A DNA stretch of 64,000 nt from Lama guanicoe (Eukaryota). The position numbers were made by a program, and so were the translations under genes. The stretch covers positions 250,001-314,000 of the forward strand of contig MU054037.1 of the NCBI GenBank assembly GCA_013239625.1, given 5' to 3'. Positions 50,948-63,669 of this stretch are shown in pieces. Below the pieces are notes generated by a model. The model was not told the origin of the DNA, made no database searches, and saw nothing but the letters and a program-made list of their open reading frames with translations. The stretch's first letter is position 1, and the number at the start of each line of letters is the position of its first letter.

Positions 50948-51225
50948 TCACCACATGTATAATTTAAGGTTTTCTAGTAGCCATGCTGGAAAAGTTTTTA
51001 AAAAGTGAAATTTATCCATGTAGTCTCTTTAACCCAGTGTATCTAAAATATTATCATTTCAATATATAATCAGTATTTTAAAAAATCAGTGAGTGAGCCA
51101 TTTTATGTTTTTGCCCCCCATACTAAGTCTTCAAAATCCAGTATGTGTGTTACCCTTAAAGTACATCTCACGCCAGTGTTCCAGTGGCTGTGCGTGGCTA
51201 GTGGCCCCCTTACAGGACAGCACAG
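50948..51225. mobile_element. MER33 (hAT-Charlie)
   Basis: CACATGTATAATTTAAGGTTTTCTAGTAGCCA...TTTAACCCAGTGTATCTAAAATATTATCATTTCAA...CATACTAAGTCTTCAAAATCCAGT...GTGGCTAGTGGC...GGACAGCACAG. Confidence 0.8.
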
Positions 51226-52239
51226 TTCTAGCGTCTCTTGGCTGGAGAGGTATGTCTTACTCGGCTGCCCAGCATAGCAAGGGGTCACAGTTTTCTAAAT
51301 TAATGGTTTCCACATGCCACAGGATGACTCAGTGCTGGGCAGTCTGCCTGAGTGTCACCTGAGTAGGGAATTCCAATTCAGGAATCAGTCTAGAGCCCCA
51401 GGTAATTCTGTGTAGCCAGTTTAGAAGCAACTGCGCTAAAATATTCACTGGGCAGTTCACCTGGGTTCTGTGCCTTGGCCCCACCCCCTTTTCAGGGACA
51501 CTTGCATTCCAAGCACGTTCTTTTGTGAGAGGCGTGAAGGGAAATGTGGGGAAAGGCATGCCCTGAGGGCCTCTTCCCTCCCCTGCTAAATAGAACTGCA
51601 GTTTCAGTGGAAAAACAGAATCCTGCTTATTTATCTGGATGTGGTCATGCATAAGGGATGGAACTTTCCCTTTTGGTGGCTGAGAGCAGGATCCTATGTT
51701 CTCCGGAAAGGTGAGATGAAGGAACCCAAATATTTAGGGCAGAATGGGATACTGTGTACTTTAGCGGTGTTCTTTTCCAGTGGTTTGGTTTTAAAATTTA
51801 TTTGCTGACTTAGAGTAAAAAATTTGGTCCTAAAAAATGAGAGTCCAAAGTCCAAACCTCAGATGCCTCAGGCCAGGCAGGTAACCGGCGATGAAGTGTG
51901 GGAGATTTCACATCAAAGTCACAGGAAGATTTTTCACTTTGACAGAAATCTTTCTTCTGGAAAGATAAGACCCTCTTTGTCTTGCCTTTTCCTGCTGTCA
52001 ATAGAGAAATATTCCTCCTTGAGAGAAGGCAGTGCAAGCACTATGATGAATGGTCGCTGACACTCGGCCTTGGTGTTTCGAGAGTCGACTCCAAGAGCTG
52101 TGCCCGTCTAAGGAGGAGTAGCTACCGCCCAGCCCTGTCCAACTGTTATCCTGGAGGCACAGCCTTACCAGGTCCTGCGCTTTTCAGGGAGAAGCCACAA
52201 GTCTAGAATATTTAAGAGGTAAAATCTTTGGCTTTTAAA

Positions 52240-52925
52240 AAAAGATTTTAAAATTTAAAGATACAGGCTTATAGGAAGTTACCCAAAAAACTGGGTCCTG
52301 TGTGTCCTTCTCCCAGCTTCCCCCAGTGGTACCATCTTACATAACTAGTGCAGCATCCAGACGGACACTGCTGCAAGCTACAGTCCTTATGCAGATCTCA
52401 CTAGTTTATACATGCACTCATTTGTGTGTGTGCACGTGCATTCTGTGCAGTTTATCAGGTGTAGATCTGTGGAACCACCAGCACCATCAGGAAAGTCTTT
52501 TTGGCTTTTAAACCATTTGTGCGAATGCATCAGAGACTCTTCTCAGGTCTAAAGAACGTGCTGTAGGCCTCGTGTGGCCTGTTGAGCCTCCAGTTTTCAA
52601 TCTCTATTCCAGCCCTTTCATCTTTTTATTCAGGCAAAATTTACGTAACACAGAATTTACCATTTTAAGCCATTTAAAGTATACAGTTGAGTGTGTTTCA
52701 GTGTATTAGCAGTGTTGTGTGACAATCACCACTATCTAATTCCAGAACATTTTTTTTTTACCCCAAAAAGAAACCCCGTGCCCACTCACATTCACACCTC
52801 CTTCCCTCCCTCCCTCCACTCAACCCCTGACACCCGCACATCTATTTTCCTGTCTCTGTGGATTTGTCCATTGGACACTTAATACAGATGGAATCATACT
52901 GCTCTCTGTATTGCCCTTCTGTGAT
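52240..52925 (-). mobile_element. Old L1M 3' end fragments (two pieces: ~52240-52490 and ~52620-52925)
   Basis: CCTTCTCCCAGCTTCCCCCAGTGGTACCATCTTACATAACT...; AATTTACCATTTTAAG...ATCACCACTATCTAATTCCAGAACATTT...GATGGAATCATAC. Confidence 0.65.
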
Positions 52926-55900
52926 TAGCCCTTTCATTTTACAGAGGAAGAAACTTGGGACCATGGGGGAAGGTGATATGCCCATGAATCTAGTGCTAGT
53001 GAGTGGCCAAGTCTGGACTTGAACCCAGAACCAGTACTCTTTGTACCATACTTTTCTGCCTGTAAACATTTAGATCTTTTATCATCATCATCATCAGAAT
53101 AATAATAAAACTACTGCACCAGCTATCTCTTTTCAGTTGGCCTTAATATTTTTAACAACAGAATCTTCTGTTTCTTGTGCTGAGTGTTGAGGTTCTTCAA
53201 AGAGTCACTGTGGAAATGGGAATTGTAAAGGAGAAAACAAGGTAATTCAATTTAGTGTACCTTTTCTGAATACCACCTATGTGCCAGTTTCAGGCCCAAC
53301 AGGGTTGAGTTCGAGTGAACCTCAATGATCAAATTACAGTCAGTTGGGGGAAACAGACAAAAGAACAAATTTCAGGATATTGAGAGAAATACCATGATTG
53401 TGAGACAGAGGGGAAGATCACCAGCCCAGCCAGAGGGGCTTGAGGGATGAGAAGGAGCTAACAGGTACTGAGACAGTAGAAGAGTGTTTTAAGCAGAAGG
53501 CAAGGCCTGAGCAAATGTTGAGACTTTAGGATAGCTGAGCTGTGAGCTGATGGGTGGTAAGCTGATGGAGGCTGAAGTGGGAAGCAGGGGTATTGGAGAT
53601 ACAGCCAGAAGAGTGGGCTTGAGACAGATCCCCAAGGGTCTTTAGGTCATCAAAGGTCAGATAACTGCTATGGATGTCTGAATTTTTCAAGCTGAGGATG
53701 GCCAAATGGAAGCAGAGTAGAAGAAGCAATCTTGGGAATCAAGTCCCCAGGAGGTATTCAAGTCTGAGCAGTTGGGGTGGGGGTGCAGTACACAGTAGTA
53801 GAACCAGTATCAGACTGAGAAGGATCAAGACAGGAAAAACAGAGACCATTCTAGAGGCCATGTCATCAAGTCATACCATGGGGCATCTTTGGAGGGCTCT
53901 CAGCTCTCCAGTCTTCCTCTACTTCCTCCCTCCCTCAGCAGCGATTTATTGAGCACGTGCTTTGTGCCAGGAACAGTTGGCTGCTTGGGTTGCAACCATA
54001 AACGAGTCCATCTCCAGGGGGCACCCTGGGCTTTGTCAGGGTTTTCTCAGGGAGTTCCCCCAAATCAGAACAAGTGTCTTGTGAAGGCATCTTGTTGTAG
54101 GAATGGACAGGGAGGAAGAAAAGCGTATCCCAGTGGAAGAAAGCATGGAGTCACTGTGAATCATTTAAAGTAGGTGGGCTTTTTTTTTTTTTTAAAGGGG
54201 AGCTAAAAATCATTTTGCTATTTTTCAACTAATTTTATTCTACTTTAAGAGCTTTGTGTCACTCAGAGAACTTGAAAACTTCATCCTCCCTCCTACTGAA
54301 ACTGTGGGGTAGGTGGGAGAGCTATAAAAATCTCCCAAAGATCCCGCTTTCCTCTGCCGGTGTTCCCCGGTGTGGAAGGGGGACAACCCAGCAGTAGGAC
54401 CAGAGGTGAGTGGCGTTTGGAAATAGGTGCCCTCTGGGCATTGAGCATCTTGGAAGACCTGGCATTGGGGTCCTGAGGATGTGGCCGTGGGCCTGGCCGC
54501 GGGGGATTTGCTCTGGGAAATGGGGAAGTGCTGTTCAACATCAAAAACAGAGTTCATTTTGCATGTTAGAAAATCATCTTAAATAATGAAAGCAGTGTGA
54601 TTTAAAAAAAGAAATCCGCTGTACAGAAAGGAAAGGGAATTACTCTGCTTTGTTTCCTTCCTGAGTTGGTCAGCCTCAAGCTCTGTTGGGGATTGATTGT
54701 TCTCCCCTGGACTGTCTGGGCTTGTTGATGGAGGAGTTGGAATTTGTGGAGGGAGGAGAGTCTCCCTTGAGCTTAGGAAGAAAGTTGGACCTTGGACTCA
54801 GAACAAGGAGAAGAGGGGCCAAGTCTGAGACGGGGGTAGGTAAGGTTGAGTTTCCTCTGGTGACATCCCTGTGTGCCGGGCTTTGGAGAGGGATGTGGAG
54901 GGGGCAGAGTCAGGAATCAGGTGAGTGGCGTGGGCAGGATGCATCAGGGTTGTGTAGCTAAGGTAGAATTAGGGCACACACCAAGTAGCAGGGGTTGGGG
55001 CAGTGGGGGGAGACCAGAATGCCAGGCAATGGTCAGGGTCCCACAGGTTTATAGGAGTTGAAGGGTGATAGGAAGCAGCCCTGGCATCAAGCAGGCCCAG
55101 GAATTTGAAGCAGTGTCGTGTCATGCCTCATAACTAGAATTATGATTAGATTCGTGGTGGGACAGAAACCAGGCCCTACTTTCACTGTCACTCTAAGCAG
55201 AGAGCAGGTGCTTTGAGCATCAGGTTGAGGATTAGGGTCAGATCCCGGTTAGGGTCCACTAGGACCCTCTGGTTGCATATCTTGACTTTCATCTTCTCTC
55301 CTCATCGTCTGGTAAACTTTTCCATGGTGACTTTGGCCTTTGCAGGTGAACTTGACCTTGAGAATCCAACTGGATTAATGCTTTACCAATGCTAGACTTG
55401 CCTTCTGAGCAGGGTCCTTCCTAGTCCACTAAATTAGTGGAAATTAGTGGACTAATTAGTAGATGCATAGATTCCAGAGGCCAGTGGCAAGACTGAGCAG
55501 TTAGGGAATGGGTTGGCTTGGTCATCTTTTAGCTGAAAGACATGAAATTTGGGGTATATTTTCAAGGAACCTGCAGGATTTGAAGATACTACATTGGGAT
55601 ACAGCGATTGGCTAAAAGAGTTTAAACAACAACAAAAAGACGAATGTGGAAATTGGTCCTTGTCCATACAAGTTAGTGGGGAAAACAATGTAAAAGTAAG
55701 TGATTTGTGCTCTGAAGGAGGGATACGTGGTAGTCATGAGAACATGTAATCCTAGAGGCTCCCATAGGTCCAGAGCTGGTTAGTAGGAATGATGTTTAGT
55801 ACAAATGAAGGTGGCCAAGGTGACTTTCACAGCATCCAGCATTGTTCTGCATTCTTGAGATGAGTCAGAGATGAGGATATAGATAATGGAGGTCATGGTT

Positions 55901-58900
55901 CAGGGTGTTTGGCAGGGCCTTGAGCAGCTCTTGTGACTTACTTTGAAGGGTTGGGTCAGAGACAGGTCTTATTTTAGGCATGGATACAATAGTATTGCAA
56001 GAAATAATGGATTGCCTAAGAATTAGGGGTCACCAGAAGGGACAAATACGAATCTTGAGCTTTTTCCTAGACTTCCTGCCCTATCCGTGCTCTTCCAGTT
56101 CTGCAGTACAGCTGAAGTGGAGGACCTTAGGTTGAAGGGGATGCTTGAGTGTCTCCTTGTTCTGATGAAGGATACTGTGGATTGCTGCTGGGCATTGCCA
56201 TCAGGAAGGCTGACCTTGACCAGTGGTGGGTTTCTCTGGTGCTGGGCTGTCTGAAGGTCACCTAGTAGCATCTGGTGATGTCAGGGAAGAGATCTCTCTA
56301 GGCTGGTCCATTCAGGGAACCGACTTACTCCAATCTGTCATACTTGAGATACACAACATTTACTTTGCCATTCTTGGGCTTGAGGTTGCTCAGGTCATTC
56401 CTTGACCACAAGTGGAAATCTGGGAAGAGAAGTGCTCAGCTGGCTTGGCAGGTTTCCAGGAGTTGCATTGATTTGCAGTGTCCAGATCTTAGGTGGACAG
56501 TAAGGACCTGATCAGAGTGCTGTGTGCCTTGGGGCTATTCCTCGAAGGCCACCTTGGTGACTGGATGCTCCCAGACCCTTTGCTCTGCCAGAGTGAGCCT
56601 ACACAGGTATGCAAGGGCTCAGATCTGCTGAGACCGGACATCTCCAGTAGATCATCTGGAGGCCTGGCATTGGGTCATGGTGAACAGGGACTGAGGCAGA
56701 GAGGGACGCCTGCTCCACTTGCCAGTTGCCCTCCTGGCTGATGGCATTCTGTTTTTATTCAAAATAAAATGGAATTAATTGATGGTTGTCACAATGTGAT
56801 GTTGGGGGTGGGTAAACATACTAAGTATGTGCAAATCCTCCAAAGCCTGGATCCTGGAATTTTGCCTGAAAGATGCTGAACTAATGACCTCAAGGAGACT
56901 GTTCTGGAGGATGAAGGATTGTTCTGGAAAAGGATGAAAGCTCCCCCTTTCCAAATGAGTATGAGAGTCTGGACATCAGAATCACCTAATTCCCGGGCCT
57001 CCAAACCAGAGATTCTGATTTAATAGTCTGAGGCCCAAGAAACTTCAGTTTTCCAGGATCATGCTAATTTTCAGCCAGATGTGGAAACCAGATTTGGAAA
57101 CAGTTACAGTTCCAGGGCAGCTCTACCCACTCTGACGTGAAGTTTGCCTCCTTGTTTCCTTGTAGGGGACCTTGAGCCTGAACGCTAACCATGGCCACGT
57201 ATGTGGTCTTCTCTTTATGCCCCTTTCCCAGAGCTTGTCTTTTGTGGGCGCTGCCCCCTAGCTTTGCCTCAGCCTAGATCAGAGCTGGCTACTCATCCCT
57301 TTCTTGTGCATGAAGGAGAGGGGAACCCCACCTGGGCATTTTGATGGGCTGGTATCCTGGGGCACTTTCTCACAACATTTCTGCCTGAGGTTTGATTGCA
57401 TAGTTGATTCTGACTGTAGGAATCCACCACCCGAGGTGGAGACAGAGCCAGGTGCAGGGAGAAATCTATTTACTGTCTTTTCATACATTGTTGGAAGTAC
57501 TGGAAATACTGAAAGTCTGTGTTTCTACGCCCATGTTTCTTGGGCCCTGCAGACTCTGGGACAGCATTGGTTGCCCTGAGGGAGTCGCAGGTGGACGTTG
57601 CCAGGCAGCAGGACTGAGTTGGTGGCATTCTTAATGTGGCACTCGACAAGGTACACTTCCAAGACTGCATGTGTAGGGCTGTGCCTCAAGTCTCAGTAGA
57701 TACTGGGTCAGGGGGCATAAGGCAGGGATTTTTAAGACCCATGAGGTAACACAGGATCTGGACAAAACCAAATTGGAGGGGCTGTTCTTATTTTTTTGCT
57801 TTTACCCATGTTGTCCCATTGCCTGTAGTTCTCACCTTCCCTCGGGTTGCCCCCTGCCTGCTCCACCCCAGTCCCTGCTTTAGGCTTTCCTCAGGCTCCT
57901 GTCCAGGGTGGGAGGCATCTCTTACCACTAGGAGCCCCTGCTCAGTGCTGCTGTAGCACCCGTGCGTACCCAGCTCTGGGTTTCCCCGTAGTTTTAGAGT
58001 TGAACGTCTGGATCTTTTACCCAGACGGAGCCACGTAGGGGCAAGGACTGGGTCCTTTCATCTTAGTGTATCCATCACCTTGCACACTGCCTGACGTGTA
58101 ATAGGGTTCAGTAAATATCTGCTGAGTGAATGAATCAATACATTCTGAGAAGGTGATATAAATAACTCCCTCCACGACCTTATAGTTGAACATTGTTCAT
58201 TTATTACAGTGCTAGTGTCTGTACATAAGCTTATTTATAGCCTCGTATTCAGGATGCATATTAAGGGAGATTTTTCTAGCATAAGGAGTATTTCAGACAG
58301 TTTGGAACATTAACTGAGCACTTTTGAAGTAGCAGATTCATGGTATTTGTGAAAACTTTTTGTACTTAAAGCAGCAAAATTATTGAAAATGTCACATTAG
58401 GAAAGAAGCCCTTAGGGAACCTGATGTAACGTACTCTTCTTTGGCAAATGAAGGTACGGCAAACATTTTAGTAGAACAGGTTGGATACTTCAACTGTATT
58501 TCCTTGAATTGAAGATTAGCTTTCAGAAAAGCGCACACATACACATGTGTGTATGTGTGTATATATCAAATTTGCTTTTTGCTTTGTAATATGAGACTAT
58601 TGTGCAGTGGGGCATAGTGAGAGGGACCTGGACTGGACGTAGGTCTAACTGTAGGACTGGGCAAGTCAGTTTCCTGCTTTCACTTGTATAAAGCAAGTCT
58701 TATTCAGGGGTTGCAGGAGTGAGGTTACTAATTTAAGTTGCTATATGTGCTGTGTCTTTTATTTTTCTCTTAGAACTCAGCCCCTTTTTTGTGTTCTCAC
58801 TTTTGCTAGAGTCATAGGTAGAAGGGAAGATTTCTGTGCCACGCACAACAATAATTCAAGGACAGTGATAACTACACCTTTTCTCTGTATTGAGACGATA

Positions 58901-59017
58901 GGGAGAGGTGAGGACTGTGGCATATTGGAATAGCCAAGCCTGTGTATGAAGGGCAACTGCTGCTTAGCACCACTGATCATTTTTTAGACATAAACATGGA
59001 CCATGTTGGCAGATCCT

Positions 59018-59041
59018 CTTTTTTTTTTTTTTTTTTTTTTT
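59018..59041. repeat. Poly(T) tract (~24 nt)
   Basis: Uninterrupted T run. Confidence 0.9.
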
Positions 59042-59396
59042 AAATGTGACATCTCTGATTTTTAAAGTTCGGCTCAAATTTCCTAAACATATCCTGCAGA
59101 TTAATGCAATACCTCTGTAGACTAGATGTGACCCCCTAAGTGTCTGTTATAGATGATCTCTGAAGCTGCTTTCTGCCCAAGATCCATTGATTCTAATGGG
59201 GACAATTTCAGCCCGTGAACTAAAGATTCTCCTTCTGCTAAGGAAGTCAGGGTAGGAAGAAAGTGGGGCTGCAAGAGAGGATGGAGGCTTTGAGTCTAAA
59301 CAGGGTGTCTGGCGAATGGTATTTGGATGGCCTCCCTGGAGAGAGGCCACGGGGTGCCTGATTCACAGCAGATGTTTTGTGTGTTTGTCATTGCAG

Positions 59397-59481
59397 GAGT
59401 GGCATTTGTTGGAGGAGTTTGTGAAACCTCTCTGCCCAGAGCTCCAGGACCAATGCATCTTTCCACCATCTTAAACCACTG
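59397..59481 (+). other. SORBS1: Non-coding exon 2 (85 nt, 5'UTR)
   Basis: Acceptor TGTTTGTCATTGCAG|G and donor CTG|GTGAAT; body ...CTGCCCAGAGCTCCAGGACCAATGCATCTT...CTTAAACCACTG resembles the recalled human SORBS1 5'UTR directly after ...GCAAG. Confidence 0.8.
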
Positions 59482-60589
59482 GTGAATATGTGTGTCTTTT
59501 TGTTTTCTGCTGCTGCGGTGAAGAGATGTATTTTCAGTGGAGTGTAAAATGTGATTTTCAGGGACCTACACTATCCTTTCTATTACAGAAGGAAGGACAC
59601 TGGCACAGGTGTAGGCATATCTGGGTTCTGGCAGCTACTTGGTTCTGCCATGTCTTGTGGGATCTCAGGTGCGTTGTTTGACCTTCCTGGGCCCCCAGAC
59701 AGAGAAATGAATCCTGCCCTGCTGAAAGATGATAGATGTGAGAATGCTTCCAAGGAATAAAGTGCTGAGCAAATATAGAGTAATCCTATTTGGCTCTGAG
59801 ATGCAGAGCTGGGCTGTTCTATGCGAACAAATGAAGATGTGAACGTCTATGTTGGAAACATGGATTTTCACATACCTCCTATTTTGAGTCCTCCAAAATG
59901 GTTCTTCAAGAGATTTGCATTTTCACTTTTTTTCCTTCCTACCAGTGCAGATGCCATTTTTTAAAAGAAAGGTAAATTAACTACATTTCACAATTACCTT
60001 CATTTTTATGTGAGATCAGATAATTTCACAATTGACAAGTGTTCTTCTTTTTTCCAAAAGAAACTTAATTATGCATCACAGCAGGTAAATGTCTTGCATC
60101 TGTGGCAGTTGAAAGAGGCAAAACTATGGCCTTAACCACAGTGCGGAGGGCACGCTGAGGCATACTGGCTAGTGGATGGTGGTGGTCTCCCGTGAGCTCC
60201 TGTGGGGAAGGACCATAAGCTGGGAGGTCGTGAGACCTGTGCATCTTGATTCCAGTCACTCTTTGTTGAGACAAGCTGGCCTGTTTGCTGCTGCCTGCCT
60301 GGTCAGCTCCCACCATGTGGGCCAGGTGTTCTTATGACCCAGTGGGACACTGCCTAGTGGTGTGGCCACCTGGGGAGCTTGCAGTGGGCTGGAGTGGGAC
60401 AAAGGAGGGGCAGGCAGTCAGGCCCAGGGTTAGGGACCCAGCTCTGGCATGGGAGGTTGACTGTCCCCATTGCTGTGTCTAAAGGGATTCGGACATTCTG
60501 GGTCCCTTAACTGAGTCCCATCTGTTAGGAAGAGCTCTGTGGTAGGAGTCCTCAGGAAAGCAGATGGTCTCAGGTGGGTGGGACACTTT

Positions 60590-61690
60590 AGCCATTCGGC
60601 AAATGTGTATTAATGCCCACTCCGGGCCAAGGTGCTGCTCTGGGCACTGAGGACTCGGTTACAGACTGAAGCTTAGATTCAAGTGGGGTGACAAGCAAAA
60701 TGTAACCTCCATAAAGGCAGAGATCTTTGTTTATCTTCTTCACTGCTATGTTCCTGGCTCCTTAGAAGAGTACCTTGCATATAAACATGGTGGGTCTCAC
60801 TAAATACTCTTTTATGAATGAAGGAAATAGCCAAATAGATAATATAATTTCAGATAGTAGTAAATGTGAAGGACTCTTTTTGAAAAGGGTCAGAAAAACT
60901 TTGTGTGAAAGAGGTTGGAGGGTGGATTTTGTGCAGAGATCTGAATGAAGTGAAGGGATCTGGGGAGAAGGGTTTAGGCAGAGGGAATAGCAAGCAAGAA
61001 GCAAGGCATTTGATGGAGGCTGAGCTTGGCGTGGTAGAGGAACAGGAAGGTGGCCAGTGTGGCTGGCCCTGAGCTGGGGGTAGTTGTGGGGAGGGAGTGA
61101 TATGAAATGAGATCAGTGGTAGGTGGGAGCCAGATCTTTTAGGCATGATAAGGAGTTTGGATTTTACTCCACAATCCAGAGTGTGGTTGGATACCATTCG
61201 AGAAGTTTGAGTAGAATAGTGATGTGATCTTCTTTGTGCCTTAAATGTATTTCTGAGTCCTGAATGGAGAATAGACTTTGGAGGCAAGAATAGAATCAGT
61301 GTGACCTGCAGGAGGCCCTTCAGTGATGCAGGCAAGGGATAAGGGAGCAGCTTGGACTAGTGTGGTGGCTGTAGAATGACATGAACTCGTCAAGCTCAGG
61401 GTATATTTTGAAGGTAGAGCCGGCTGGATTCGGGGTGTGTTGTGAGCAAAAAAAGAGTCAAGAATGAGTCCAGTGTTTTTGGCTGAGTGAATGGCATTGT
61501 TTATTGAAATGGGGAGCAAAGAAATATTTGGGGGGATCCTGAGTGTTCTGTTTGTGCGTATGAAGTTTGAGATGCCCATTTGATATTCTCATTAAAGATT
61601 TAGAGTTGGCTGGTGCTGGAAATGGTACTTTTGAGAGTCATCAGCATGTAGATGGTATTTGAAGCTCTGAGACTACATGAGATCACTTAA
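60590..61690 (-). mobile_element. L2 LINE fragment, with a nested opposite-strand L2 3' end at ~60700-60830
   Basis: GAGATCTGAATGAAGTGAAGG, GGCAGAGGGAATAGCAAG, GGAGTTTGGATTTTACTC, GTATATTTTGAAGGTAGAGCC, AAGTTTGAGATGCCCAT, GAGTCATCAGCATGTAGATGGTATTT. Confidence 0.8.
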
Positions 61691-63669
61691 GGCGAAAAAG
61701 GAGGGACAGGTGGGATTTGGACAAAGAAAAGAAAGGCAAACTGGATTTTCCAAGTAAAACCCCTACTAAAGAATTAAATGAAGACACACGCTAATGAATA
61801 TGGAATATTTCATGTAATGCAATATAAATTATTCAAATAAGATAATGATATAAAAGTAGTAATAAAGCCTCACCTTATGTAAAAAAGAAAATCAAAATAT
61901 ACTGTGACTCCCCCAAATCAAGAAAATTCGTTTTCGAATTGCATGATTTAAAATGTGACCAGCTGAGTGAATTATCATCTGCATTTATGCAGTTGGCACA
62001 TGGCTGTCTTTGGCTGGCAAGCAGAAGGATCCAGCATCCTTTGCCAATAACAGCCTATAAACTACACTGTTCTTTATGTGCACTAGAATGTCTACAAGCC
62101 ATTTTGATGAAGTTTAATTCACTGTTAATACACTTGAAATTTTTTTTCAACCTATAATCATATCATCCAAAAGTTCATTAAATGAAGGTTCACTAAGTGA
62201 ACAACAATGCCTGAAAATCAGTAATTTTTCAGTGACGGTTGTGATACAATTTTATGAAAAGACCAAACAGGCACCATGATTTGCAGGACCACAATTTAGG
62301 AAACATTGGGGATATCTTTGAAATACCAAGGATAAATGCTGCAAGGTAATAAAGCAACAGATACAGACAGTGATGGTTGTAGTAGACATGTGTGTTTCAG
62401 GACCACCCATACCCCTTAACTGTCATCAACTGATATGAGAAAATCAGTTCGAACATACATTTTCATCTGTTTGTTGGCTTCTGGCACAAAATACAGCTCT
62501 CTGTATTGATTTTGTCCACTTTCCAGAGAAATTGCCCCACTGAGCTTCCTGCATATTCTCTGAGCGCCTTGGTTTTTGCATTTTCAGGTTACCTGGTAAG
62601 TTTCTTTAGTCTGGTTATCTCTGGCCCCATAGACACTTTTGCCTCCTCCCCACAGTAGCAACTCAAAGCCCTCCCTCTCACTGGGCTTTAGGACCCACCG
62701 TCTCTGACTGCCCTAACTCTCCAGAGGCTTTTGAATATCCTCAGGATTCTCTGCTTTGAAAAATGTTTCCACTTCTTCTCCAGGCTTAGTTTTTTTAAGG
62801 CTTTTTGTGGGTATGACAGAAGAATGAGAAACCAGTACAGCTGTTGAGGGCAATGTGATAAGCAGCATTCTAAAATGTGTTGTTTCAAATTGCTTGGGCA
62901 ATGGGCAGCCTCAGCTCTGCTTTTTGTATATCTCAAGACCCTTGTGTTTCAGTGAGAATAGTCTCAATGAGGCTTCTGGGGCACCTAATCTCTGGAAAAT
63001 GAGCACTGATTATATAGCATTCTGTATCTTTCACCATTGACTTAGGGCAAAATGAAGGTTTCAGTGGAATGTTATTCATGACGATTGACACCAACCCTGG
63101 TTTTCATTTGTCATCTTTTCTCAGAGTGGAACCTAAATAAAATGAAAAAGACTGAAACTGACTGACAGTCATAGCGGGGAGGATTTCTCCTTCCTGTTTC
63201 CTTTTTAGTAAGTGATGTCAGGAATGAGGGAAAAAAAAAAGAGATGATACCTTTCCCTGCCCCTGGAGCCTTAAGAGTGGTGGGTCATTTTTTAAAAAAT
63301 GATGGTATCTGCCTTAAGTTAAAAAAAGAAAATCCAGGTATGCAGATAGTGCTTCATTGCTTGTGTGCATGTGGACCATCTCAAGAGGAGCTGCTAGAGA
63401 TGAGGGCAGTGGAAAAGGAAGGAAACTTTTCATTCTATACCCTTTTGTACTTCTAAGTTTGTTGGTATCCTGTTTATGCATTACCTTTTAAAAGTATAAC
63501 CGTATCCCTTTTAGGCTTAATAAGTGATCTAGAAAAATGTAAAGCTCCTTCACTACTTGATTTTATCAGTCTTGCTCAATGTATATGTTGACCAAGATCA
63601 TTGCCCATCACTGTCTGTTGCCTTTATTTGTCCTGAGGCTTCATGTTAATCAATTTGGGACTAAGCTTT

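Larger units (their letters stand above)
2617..59396 (+). other. SORBS1: Intron 1 (~56.8 kb, GT...AG)
   Basis: Bounded by GTAAGC at 2617 and TTTGTCATTGCAG ending at 59396; repeat-rich; no coding exon recognised. Confidence 0.7.

Noticed and set aside
55549..55749. Protein-like 66-aa ORF (GYIFKEPAGFEDTTLGYSDWLKEF...)
   Set aside because: TTG start, no flanking splice signals, no family I recognise; the region may be an ancient LTR remnant, which I cannot assign without a Dfam search.
60850..61579. 161-aa and 112-aa minus-strand ORFs
   Set aside because: They lie inside a decayed L2; no intact reverse-transcriptase motifs seen.
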